This document shows positions 30,596 to 38,471 of a stretch of DNA of 45,326 nucleotides, one piece after another. Origin of the DNA: a virus; the IMG/VR virus record IMGVR_UViG_3300012189_000003, positions 1 through 45,326 of that record; one strand, 5' to 3'. Below the pieces are notes generated by a model. The model did not search any database. It had not been told where the DNA came from and saw only the letters and a list, made by a program, of their open reading frames with translations. Every line of letters begins with the position of its first letter. Within the stretch, counting starts at the first letter, position 1. Both the position numbers and the translations under genes were made by a program.

Positions 30596-33370
30596 ATGAC
30601 TGATACCCCCGCTGCGCTCCCCGCACCGCCGGCGCCCCCCGGAGCGGGTCTGGGGGCCACCGCCGTCGCCGGGACCATCACCGCCGCCACGGGCGCCGCC
30701 TCGCACGTCGATTGTCTCATCGACCCCGAATCCGCGGTCGTCTGCCAGATCCGCGGGACATGGAGTGCCTCCCTGATCTTCGAGGGCACGCTGAACCCCT
30801 CGGATGCTACCTGGCCGACGATCCGCGCGAACAAGGTTGCCGCCGACCTCCTGACCACCGCCCCGGATGCGAACGGCCTCTACGTCCTCTACTGCGCCGG
30901 CTTTGCGTCCGTCCGGGTCCGCGCCACGGCCTTCACTTCCGGCTCGGTCACCGTCACTTTCCGCGCCAGCCCCGGCGCGGGCGTCTACCTCCCCGGCTCC
31001 TCCGCCGGCATCAGCGATATCTTCTTGGGCGGGGGCGGGGCAGTAACAATCGCGGACGGAGCGGCGGTAACGCTGGGCGCGTTGGCAGATGCCGCTATTG
31101 GCGATGCCGCCGGCACCGTCAACTCGCATTTGCGTTCGGTGGCGAAGTCTTTGCTTTCGGCGCTGGCCGTCACGGAAGCCAACGGCGCCAACGTCGTCTT
31201 GGGCGCGCTGGCCGACGCCGCGGTCGCCGACGCCGCGGGGACGCTGAATTCCCACTTGCGCCAACTCGCCAAGCTCCTCACCGATGTGTGGGATGCGACC
31301 AATCACCGGCTGTACGTGGCGAACAGTCCGGGCGGCTTTATCAACGCGACGCAAGGGACTTCTCCCTGGGTCGTCACCGACGCGGCGACTGAGACAGTGC
31401 TCGGAGCGCTCGCTGACCCGGCGGTGGGCGACGCGAATGGCAGTGTCAACGCGCACCTGCGGCAGGTGGCGAAGTCACTGGCGGCGGGGGTGATGGCGCT
31501 GCCGCCGGCCGGGATCGCGTCGAGCGGCACGATTGATGCGACCCACCCGACCTTTGATGTGACTCTCGCGGGGCTGGGATCGGTCACGGCCCAAGTCTAC
31601 GTCGCGACAGCGCCGGACAAGGGATTGTTCCTCCAGGCCTGCAACGATGGGGTCAACTACAGCACCGTTGCCGGCTATGACGACTGGACGCAGTACGAGC
31701 AGTTGGGCCCGGACTTCAGACTTACTCCCCGCAACAGCGGCAGCAATTTCTATGGCGGGATGATTACTATACCCGCTGGCTGGCGTTACCTGCGCTTCGG
31801 AAGTGAAGGGACGATCACTCGGGGCAGTTACCAGATCACCGTTTGGGAAAGCGCCGCCAACGATTCGCTCGTGAAAGTCAGCGGCGGTCTCGTAAACACC
31901 ACGGCCTATTACGGGGCGGAAATGACGGGCGCCAGCACTGCTGACGGGACCTGCTTGGTCAACTGTCAGGGTGCCTCGACTTTGGTGGTGCAGGTTACGG
32001 GCACGCTCACCTCGGGCAGCATCTCCGCCACGGCCGCTTACGGGCTCAATTTCGATGCCTTCGCTAACCCGCTGGTGGGACAGTTTGTCAACCTCGACAC
32101 GGGAGAGGTTTCCCCAACGATCACGGCCGTGGGAACCTATCTGCTGGACTGCGCCGGGTATCTCCAGGTCAATATTATTCCCGCCATCACCGGCAGCGTG
32201 ACCATCGAAGCCTCCTGCGATTCTGGCATCCGCGCCGCGGTCTTCGGCTCGCCCACCGATACCGCCGTCACCGGCGACAACCCCGGCACGCTCAATGCAC
32301 ACCTGCGGGGATTAGACAAGATCCTGGCAGATGTCTGGGACTCCGGGGCGCATGAGCTGAAGGTTTCGGGCGGGGGCGGCAACCGGATAGTTACCGGCAC
32401 CTTTGCCAATCTGAACGATACCGTCACCATCGACACGAACGGCGCCAGCGTGCTCATGGTTGATGCGGTGGACAATGCTTCTTATTTCGGTGAGGGCAAC
32501 TACGTCGGCATAACCACCACCATCGACGGGAACCCCCATGCTGTCCTCCCCTTTTACGCGCTTCCCAACTACACCCTCACCTACGGCAGCATCGGTTTTC
32601 AATCGCGGTTCCTCATTCCCTGCGCCGGTTTCGGCAGCGTCACTTTCACGCAGCTAAGCAATCCTGGCGGAGTATCGACTCTCACTCTCTACCTGGAAGC
32701 GGCGCCAGGCTATCCGGACCTGCCGATCCGCGGGAATGTTACTAGCGGCAACGGCGATGACGTAGTTCTCGGAACGCTGGCCGACGCGGCCGTAGAAGAC
32801 GCGGACGGCACGGTGAACGCGCATCTGCGGGGCTTGAATGCCGCGCTGGCCGCCGGCATCAACGTGGGCGGCTACTCCGACGCGGTTTCCGGGAGCGTTA
32901 CTCGTCCCGCCAATACGAGCGCCTACACTGCGGGGGATGCAGTCACTGATTCGGTGTCGGCTCCCAACCCGATCAGCTTCGCCAACGCCGTGCGGACCGC
33001 CGCCGGCTCCGGGTTCATCATCGGCGCCACCCTCATCGATTCCGCGAACCAGGGCACGCCATTCCAGGGGTATCTCTACCTGTTCAAGGAGACGCCCACC
33101 GCGACGAATGATAACATCGCCCTCGCCATCAGTGACGCGGACCTGGCGAACTGCATTGGCGTGGTAGACTTCACGGATGCCGCGCTCATCACCAACGCGG
33201 CAGCCGGCGCCTCCGGGAACACGCTCATTCGGGGCACGCTGAAGGATGCAGCCTATCCCTTCAAGCTGGCGAGCGGCACGACGCTCTACGGGCTGCTGCA
33301 GGCGAATAATGCTTACAGTCCAGTGAGCGGAGAGACGCTTACGGCAGTCCTCAATATGGCGTTTGATTGA
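30596..33370 (+). CDS. Large repeat-containing fibre-like structural protein (924 aa)
   Basis: Five copies of a ~28-aa motif, LGALADAA.GDA.GT.N.HLR..AK.L, separated by beta-rich domains. Confidence 0.7.
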   Translation: MTDTPAALPAPPAPPGAGLGATAVAGTITAATGAASHVDCLIDPESAVVCQIRGTWSASLIFEGTLNPSDATWPTIRANKVAADLLTTAPDANGLYVLYCAGFASVRVRATAFTSGSVTVTFRASPGAGVYLPGSSAGISDIFLGGGGAVTIADGAAVTLGALADAAIGDAAGTVNSHLRSVAKSLLSALAVTEANGANVVLGALADAAVADAAGTLNSHLRQLAKLLTDVWDATNHRLYVANSPGGFINATQGTSPWVVTDAATETVLGALADPAVGDANGSVNAHLRQVAKSLAAGVMALPPAGIASSGTIDATHPTFDVTLAGLGSVTAQVYVATAPDKGLFLQACNDGVNYSTVAGYDDWTQYEQLGPDFRLTPRNSGSNFYGGMITIPAGWRYLRFGSEGTITRGSYQITVWESAANDSLVKVSGGLVNTTAYYGAEMTGASTADGTCLVNCQGASTLVVQVTGTLTSGSISATAAYGLNFDAFANPLVGQFVNLDTGEVSPTITAVGTYLLDCAGYLQVNIIPAITGSVTIEASCDSGIRAAVFGSPTDTAVTGDNPGTLNAHLRGLDKILADVWDSGAHELKVSGGGGNRIVTGTFANLNDTVTIDTNGASVLMVDAVDNASYFGEGNYVGITTTIDGNPHAVLPFYALPNYTLTYGSIGFQSRFLIPCAGFGSVTFTQLSNPGGVSTLTLYLEAAPGYPDLPIRGNVTSGNGDDVVLGTLADAAVEDADGTVNAHLRGLNAALAAGINVGGYSDAVSGSVTRPANTSAYTAGDAVTDSVSAPNPISFANAVRTAAGSGFIIGATLIDSANQGTPFQGYLYLFKETPTATNDNIALAISDADLANCIGVVDFTDAALITNAAAGASGNTLIRGTLKDAAYPFKLASGTTLYGLLQANNAYSPVSGETLTAVLNMAFD

Positions 33371-33386
33371 AAGGAGGCCAAGGGTA

Positions 33387-34151
33387 GTGGCTCCGGTCCT
33401 TGTGCAACGCCGCCTGGCGAGACCGAAACCCGGCGTGGCACCCCACGTCTATGCCGGGAGCGCTGCTTACTTCAACGGGCTTTCCAGCAGGCAGGCGGTA
33501 GTTTCCAGCGCCACGTTGAATATCGGCGTCAACGGCTTCACGATCGCCGTCTGGGTCCAACTGGGCTCTGTGCCGACCACGGGGGCCGTCGTCGAACATT
33601 ACGGGACCGCAAACGGCTGGTCGATGTACCACAGCGAGCCCAATCACCTCTCGACGCTCTACCTGGTCAATGCCGTCGGCCAGTCGAACAATACGCAAGC
33701 AATCGCCGTCACTGGCACGGACTGGCACCTCTGGATGGGGGATTGGGACGGCGCGAACAACGGCACCGGGACCTGGGCGATCGACAACGGCACGCAGTAT
33801 TCCACGACTTCTATTGGGGTCCTGAGCCCCTTACTGGTGCCCTTCACGGTTTGCGGCAAGGGCTTTAATGGCGGCACGTCGGGCACCCAGTTTAACGCGG
33901 CTGTGGACTCGTTGGGCTATTGGAACCGCGTCCTCTCCAACACGGAGCGGGGCTATCTCTGGAACGGCGGCCTGGGCCTGGCTTACTATGATCTGGTGAA
34001 CAGCTATCCGAGCTTGCTATCGGGTCTTTGCAACTGGTATGACTGCGATGATCAAGGGGGACAGGACCTGGTCGATGCGAGCGGAGCGGGCCTGACCCTG
34101 TTGGGGCAGAATGGGACGAGTACCTATACCAGCGTCCCGGGGGTGCGCTGA
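33387..34151 (+). CDS. LamG/concanavalin-A-like lectin-fold protein (254 aa)
   Basis: AGGAGG 9 nt before GTG 33387. The pattern FNGLSS...NGFTIAVWVQL...WHLWMGDWDG is typical of Laminin-G-3-like domains. Confidence 0.6.
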   Translation: MAPVLVQRRLARPKPGVAPHVYAGSAAYFNGLSSRQAVVSSATLNIGVNGFTIAVWVQLGSVPTTGAVVEHYGTANGWSMYHSEPNHLSTLYLVNAVGQSNNTQAIAVTGTDWHLWMGDWDGANNGTGTWAIDNGTQYSTTSIGVLSPLLVPFTVCGKGFNGGTSGTQFNAAVDSLGYWNRVLSNTERGYLWNGGLGLAYYDLVNSYPSLLSGLCNWYDCDDQGGQDLVDASGAGLTLLGQNGTSTYTSVPGVR

Positions 34152-34462
34152 TGCTCAAAGACCCCGCGGACACCGCCCGCCGCCGCCGCGCCGGCGCTTT
34201 GCTCGGTTGGGAGATCCGCAGGTCGAAAGCGAGAGCACGAGCGGCACAGGAGCAGCAGCAAGCGGAGCCCGCGCGCTGTCCCGCCGGTCATCTCGCTACG
34301 CCAGAGAACCGGCTGCAGCTTTGGAAGGTCGCAGCGTCCGGACTGGGCCGCATTCAGAACGGCAGCGCCTGCCGCCTCTGCCGCCGCTATTCCAAGAACC
34401 AACGGATCATCGGTTCCTACTCCTGGCTGAAAAAAGAGCGGAGCCGCAGCAATGGCGCGTGA
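34151..34462 (+). CDS. Stand-alone zinc-ribbon protein related to the C-terminal module of the two HNH proteins (103 aa)
   Basis: RCPAGHLATPEN...GSACRLCRR parallels HCPAGHPYEAAN...RGCRICRR (41079..41552) and CCRRGHPLNAE...CKECQR (7549..8094). Confidence 0.55.
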   Translation: MLKDPADTARRRRAGALLGWEIRRSKARARAAQEQQQAEPARCPAGHLATPENRLQLWKVAASGLGRIQNGSACRLCRRYSKNQRIIGSYSWLKKERSRSNGA

Positions 34463-34618
34463 AGAGCTCCCTCGTCGTGGGGAAGGCTACCGCCGGCAGT
34501 CCTGGGACCGCGGCGATCTCTGGCAAGCGGCGGGGGGTTTTCAGCCGCAGGGGTCTGAAAACGGCTGCGGCGTGATCGGTGCGGGCGGGATCATCCGGCC
34601 CGCTGCGCCCCGCAGGTC

Positions 34619-35158
34619 ATGGGCGGTAGGGCTGAAAAGGGAGCGCCTTGCCTGGGGGTTGGGGAAGCAGGGCGGCAATCTGCGGCCCTGTTTTTCACCC
34701 TGCTTGCGGGCGGTCAGCCCGCGGCTGCGGTGATCGTCGCCGCGCTCTGCTTCCGCCAGGGCCCAGGGGGCTTGCAGGTGCTGCTCGTGCGAACCGGCGA
34801 TGGCAGACGTTGGGCTTTTCCCCAGGGGAGCGCCCGGCCCGGTGAAGAGGCCCCCGCCACGGCGCTGCGGGCGCTCACCGCGCAGTCGGGTTGGCGGGGC
34901 AGAACGATCTCGCCTTCCCTTTTGCATTGGATCGCCCCGGCGGGGCTCGCCCGGTTCGTGGCGCTCGCGGTAGCTCCGGCCGGTCGCGCCGGCACGGGAG
35001 AGGGAGGTCGCGTCCCTTCCTGGTTCCCGCTTACCGACGCTTCTGAGAAGCTAGCCGAAAACCGGGCCGGACCCGCAGCCGCGCGACTGGTAGTCATACT
35101 GACGGAAGCGGCGGCGCTCTTTCGCCGGCAGGCAGAGCACGCCGCGGCAGGAGCCTGA
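34619..35158 (+). CDS. Nudix-fold protein with a degenerate Nudix box (start uncertain; alternative GTG 34730)
   Basis: GSARPGEEAPATALRALTAQSGW fits G-x5-E-x7-R-x-U-x-x-x-x-G, but the REUxEE glutamates read RALTAQ. Confidence 0.55.
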   Translation: MGGRAEKGAPCLGVGEAGRQSAALFFTLLAGGQPAAAVIVAALCFRQGPGGLQVLLVRTGDGRRWAFPQGSARPGEEAPATALRALTAQSGWRGRTISPSLLHWIAPAGLARFVALAVAPAGRAGTGEGGRVPSWFPLTDASEKLAENRAGPAAARLVVILTEAAALFRRQAEHAAAGA

Positions 35159-35160
35159 AA

Positions 35161-35355
35161 ATGGAACGATCGATCCACCTCCCTGTCTTCCGCGGCGGCG
35201 CGCACCCGTCGGCGAAGCTCTCCGATGGGGAGCGCGAGGAGATTCGCAGCCGCCATGCCCTCGATCCGGCGGAACACCCGCGCGTCATCGCCGCCGACTA
35301 CGGCGTCTCCGACTCAACCATCCGCCGCGTTCTCGCGGATACTGCGCGCCGCTAA
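35161..35355 (+). CDS. Small HTH DNA-binding protein (64 aa)
   Basis: Track ORF; LSDGEREEIRSRH...VIAADYGVSDSTIRRVL is a typical HTH pattern. Confidence 0.6.
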   Translation: MERSIHLPVFRGGAHPSAKLSDGEREEIRSRHALDPAEHPRVIAADYGVSDSTIRRVLADTARR

Positions 35356-36034
35356 ACCCAACAACAGCGAGCCGGACAGCGTGACGGTGCTGCGCCTGGT
35401 ATCCCCGGCGGTGCTGGCGATAGCGGTGGCGCACACGCGCACGATCATGGAAGCGCCGGATGCCCAGGACGCGGAGGGACCGCTCGTGCACGGCTGGGCG
35501 GTGCACGCGGCCTTTCTCCTGGGCGCGCTCTGGCAGCAGCAGCGGGACAGGCCCCAGCCGTCTCCCCAGCCGCGCAAAGAGCAAGCCCCGGTACCCTCGC
35601 CGCCGCAAGACGACGCGGTGACCCCAGTTTCCCTCGATGGCCGCGAACGACCCCGCGAAAACGGCCGCCACGATCCCCGTATGCGCCCGGCTGAAGAACA
35701 GATCGCCGGGACCAGGAACGGCCACGAGCCGCCCCCGCTGCCGCGCCCAGCCCCGGAGCGTCCCGGTAGACGCTGAGGCGAGCACCCAGAGGCCGGCGCG
35801 CTGCGCGCAGTAGACGGCGAACGCCGCGCACCAGGGCGCTCCCCGGCCCAGCCCCAAGGCCGCGCGATACCGCCGCACGCCCGGCCCGCCCTCGCGCTGG
35901 CCTACCTCTCTGGCAGCGATCACGACCATGCGGCGGCGCAAAAAAACCTCCGAGGCCAGGGGCTTCTTTTTTATCGCCCCGGCCGCCGGAGGTGCGAGCA
36001 GCAGCCCGAGGGCCGCGGCCCACGCGCGTGTCAC
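35285..36034 (-). CDS. Secreted CHAP/NlpC-P60-like peptidoglycan hydrolase. The catalytic part (36034..~35564) is credible; the basic 3' tail is doubtful
   Basis: GTG 36034 (GTGA coupling) gives signal-like TRAWAAALGLLLAPPAAGA; motifs GAPWCAAFAVYC, AHTGIVAAV, AIEGNWG. No stop occurs until 35285. Confidence 0.65.
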   Translation of the reverse strand: MTRAWAAALGLLLAPPAAGAIKKKPLASEVFLRRRMVVIAAREVGQREGGPGVRRYRAALGLGRGAPWCAAFAVYCAQRAGLWVLASASTGTLRGWARQRGRLVAVPGPGDLFFSRAHTGIVAAVFAGSFAAIEGNWGHRVVLRRRGYRGLLFARLGRRLGPVPLLLPERAQEKGRVHRPAVHERSLRVLGIRRFHDRARVRHRYRQHRRGYQAQHRHAVRLAVVGFSGAQYPRERGGWLSRRRRSRRR

Positions 36035-36135
36035 CGGATCACGAAATGCAGATGATACCAGGTCATGAGCTGCATGACCGTCAGCGCCAGCAGATGCCAC
36101 TCGCGGAAGACGTACTCGATCACCTTGCGAACCAT
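36031..36135 (-). CDS. 34-aa hydrophobic peptide upstream of the CHAP gene
   Basis: GGAGAAGAGGGG SD, then ATG 36135; MVRKVIEYVFREWHLLALTVMQLMTWYHLHFVIR. Too short for the ORF track. Confidence 0.4.
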   Translation of the reverse strand: MVRKVIEYVFREWHLLALTVMQLMTWYHLHFVIR

Positions 36136-36190
36136 TGCGCCCCTCTTCTCCTAGCGAAAGCCAAGCAATACGCAGTTCGGTTACCCGTTC

Positions 36191-36272
36191 AGTATACAAG
36201 CAGAAGGTCGGAACGTCAACCGGGCGAGGCGGAAGATTCCCCTTGACAGTTGCCCCAAGCTTCGGATAGCTT
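36191..36272. promoter_or_regulatory. Divergent promoter pair with back-to-back -35 boxes
   Basis: Minus strand: TTGACG (36219..36214), 17 nt, TATACT (36196..36191). Plus strand: TTGACA (36243..36248), 18 nt, TAGCTT (36267..36272), with ATG 36280 only 7 nt after the -10. Confidence 0.6.
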
Positions 36273-36279
36273 CCGGACG

Positions 36280-36492
36280 ATGCGAGGAGCTGATTCGCGC
36301 GCCATTCTGATCGCTTGCGGGGGCCAGCTCGCCAGTGGCCGCCGCTGCCGGGCCTGGGTGCGGCTCATTCCCGGCGAGAAGACGCGCTGTGCTGCCTGTG
36401 GGCGCGTCCATCCCTTACTGGCGGACCATGACGAGTACCGGCAGAAGCGTGCGGCTCACTGCTCGGGTGCCAGTGCTACCGACCAGAGATGA
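36280..36492 (+). CDS. Small Cys-containing protein (70 aa), probably leaderless
   Basis: Internal ATG 36280 of track ORF 36250..36492; CGG...C...CAACG pattern. Confidence 0.5.
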   Translation: MRGADSRAILIACGGQLASGRRCRAWVRLIPGEKTRCAACGRVHPLLADHDEYRQKRAAHCSGASATDQR

Positions 36493-36602
36493 GATTCCTA
36501 CCTCGTTGTTGCAGCCTTGCTGGCGACAGCCAGCCCCGGACCGGCTCTCTTCCTTCGCCTTTCGGGGAGAGAGCTGGCCGGCTTCTTTGAAGGAGCGCTC
36601 CC

Positions 36603-37814
36603 ATCCCTGTTCAGGCTTGTCAGGTAGACGGCAAACCAGGCTATCGCTGGGGGGCCTCAGGCCACTGTTACTCATTCCCCCCGGGCAATGAGGCGGCGCG
36701 GCGGGAGGCAAAGCGGCAGGCTTATCTGCAAGGAGCTGCTATTACGGCGGCCCAAAGCCGGCGGGGCAAGAAGGAAGCGGCGCCCTTGCTGTTCGCCAAG
36801 GAGTTTACCCCGGTCTTCCGCCCCCAGGCCGATCCGGACCCCGTTCTCCTGGCGAAGATCAACAGCATGAGCCTCGAGCCGGTGGAAGCCGAGGCCGTCT
36901 ATATCGTGCCGGGCCACCTCGCCAATGATCAATACGACCGCGCTTACGAGCGCTTCCCGCTGGCCTATCTCCAGCGGTTCGCGGAGACGATCCCGGGCAA
37001 ATCGCTCCTGGCCGGTCACGACCGCAGCCAACTCCCCCTGGGGCGGTGGATCGAGGGGCGAGTCGAGCCGGACGCGGCGGGCGTCCAGCAGCTGGCCGCC
37101 CCCTTCTATGTGGACGCGGCCTCAGACGTCGCGCGGCGGCTCAGGATGGGCATCGCCAAGCACCTGTCGATCAGCTTCAAGGCGGCGGGTCGCACCTGTG
37201 ACCTCTGTGGCCAGAGCTACGACCCGCCCACCAAGTGCGATCACGTCAAAGGCGAAGCTTACGACGGAACAATCTGCACGGTGACCTATTCGGGGGACCC
37301 GGCAAAAGTGGAGGCGGTCGAAGGCTCGCTCGTGTGGCTTGGCTGCCAGCATGGCGCGCAGACGGTCCGCGGCAAAGCATGGTTGCCCGGCGCCGGCCTC
37401 GCACTGTTCCCGGGTCGGGAGGAGGAGACGATGGAAAACGACGAGCGGGTCCTCGAATTGCAGGCGGAGGTAGAGACGCTCAAAAGCGAGTTGGCGGACC
37501 TTAAAATGCAAGCCGCGGACGGCGCCGCCTATCACGGGTACCTCCAGGCAGAGATCGCCCGCAAGCTGTCTGCCGCTTCCGGTAAGGCGGGCGAGGCCGA
37601 GGTGATCCTCAAAACCCTGGAGGGGGCGAACCTAGAAACCTTGAAGGCGTGGGACAAGGTGGCACAAGAGCGATTCGACGAGAAGTTCCCGCCCACGCCG
37701 GTGAGTAAACAGCTCGGCGAAGGCGGGACGCCGGTCCCGCCGCAGGGAGTGCCGCCGCCCCCGGGCCGCGGCATGGACCCCTTTGCCAGCTTACGCGGCC
37801 GGAGGGAGGACTGA
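36603..37814 (+). CDS. Prohead protease fused to a scaffold-like coiled coil (403 aa from ATC 36603; track start TTG 36786)
   Basis: HK97-protease-like LLAGHDRSQLPLGRWIEG, HLSISFKA and EGSLVWLGCQHGAQ, plus a C-terminal coiled coil. The frame is open back to TGA 36588..36590, with GAAGGAG 7 nt before ATC 36603. Confidence 0.75.
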   Translation: MPVQACQVDGKPGYRWGASGHCYSFPPGNEAARREAKRQAYLQGAAITAAQSRRGKKEAAPLLFAKEFTPVFRPQADPDPVLLAKINSMSLEPVEAEAVYIVPGHLANDQYDRAYERFPLAYLQRFAETIPGKSLLAGHDRSQLPLGRWIEGRVEPDAAGVQQLAAPFYVDAASDVARRLRMGIAKHLSISFKAAGRTCDLCGQSYDPPTKCDHVKGEAYDGTICTVTYSGDPAKVEAVEGSLVWLGCQHGAQTVRGKAWLPGAGLALFPGREEETMENDERVLELQAEVETLKSELADLKMQAADGAAYHGYLQAEIARKLSAASGKAGEAEVILKTLEGANLETLKAWDKVAQERFDEKFPPTPVSKQLGEGGTPVPPQGVPPPPGRGMDPFASLRGRRED

Positions 37815-37815
37815 G

Positions 37816-38265
37816 ATGGCGTTTCAAGCAAAGCGCAGCGGCGACCGCTTCCGGATCCACGACGGGTCGGTGGTCCCGAAGGGCTATTCCGCCTCCTATA
37901 CCGCTCCGGCGCCCACTGTGGGACACCTGGTAAAAGTCGACACCGCCACCAATGACGGCGTGCTCCGCTGCGCGGGCGGAGATCCGCCTTACGGGATGGG
38001 CTACTCCATCAACTCCGGGAACGGCACGATCTCCACCTTGCGCTTCGCGCGCATTCACAGCATCGTCCTGGAGTATCAGACCGCCCCAGCGCTGGGTGAT
38101 AAGATCGCGGCGCATGGGTCTTCCGGCACCATCCCCATCGACGGCGTCCTCCGGGATCGGATCATCACGGATAACGTGGATGGGGTCGGCACCGTCACCG
38201 CGCTTGATTCTCCCCTGACCGGGCTGTGCATCGTGGAATTTCCCGCCGAGCAGATAGGAACGTAG
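37816..38265 (+). CDS. Head decoration-like protein (149 aa)
   Basis: GGAGGGAGGA SD; Gly-rich beta protein between the protease/scaffold and the major capsid gene. Confidence 0.55.
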   Translation: MAFQAKRSGDRFRIHDGSVVPKGYSASYTAPAPTVGHLVKVDTATNDGVLRCAGGDPPYGMGYSINSGNGTISTLRFARIHSIVLEYQTAPALGDKIAAHGSSGTIPIDGVLRDRIITDNVDGVGTVTALDSPLTGLCIVEFPAEQIGT

Positions 38266-38267
38266 TG

Positions 38268-38400
38268 AAGGGCCAGGGGTCAAGTGTCAGGGATCAGGGG
38301 TCAGGAGCGGCAAAGTCAAAAGCTGCCACAGGTTTTGTCTTTGACTTTACCGATCTGACCCCTGATCCCTGACCCCTCACCCCTGACCCCCGACCCTTTC
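38268..38400. repeat. G-tract/C-tract long imperfect inverted repeat (element 2), homologous to 13270..13358
   Basis: Arms of ~55 nt including CAGGGATCAGGGGTCAGG / CCTGACCCCTGATCCCTG and AAAGTCAAA / TTTGACTTT. The right arm's reverse complement nearly equals the left arm of element 1. Confidence 0.85.
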
Positions 38401-38471
38401 GACCCCAGGAAGAAAGCGGCGCCGACCTGGGCGGAGCAGTCCTGCAGGCGAGGGACAGAGGCAAGCATGGA

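Noticed and set aside
30314-31456. Long antisense ORFs opposite real genes (for example 30314..31456 -, 38316..39548 -, 22428..23828 -, 14904..15995 -, 27035..28210 -, 24848..25603 -, 42665..43708 -)
   Set aside because: They are Arg/Gly/Pro/Ala-rich translations with no motifs or SD sites, and they lie exactly antisense to genes with clear domain signatures. In high-GC DNA such shadow ORFs are expected.
30596-33370. Diversity-generating retroelement acting on the repeat protein
   Set aside because: There is no reverse transcriptase anywhere in the genome, and no template/variable repeat pair with adenine-specific mismatches. The five motif copies are diverged at all base types.
34452-34733. 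ORF 34452..34733 as a real gene (it contains PQGSEN, as does gene 14958..15905)
   Set aside because: The shared peptide is a by-product of the shared 20-nt DNA repeat. The rest of the translation is Gly/Arg-rich with no SD.
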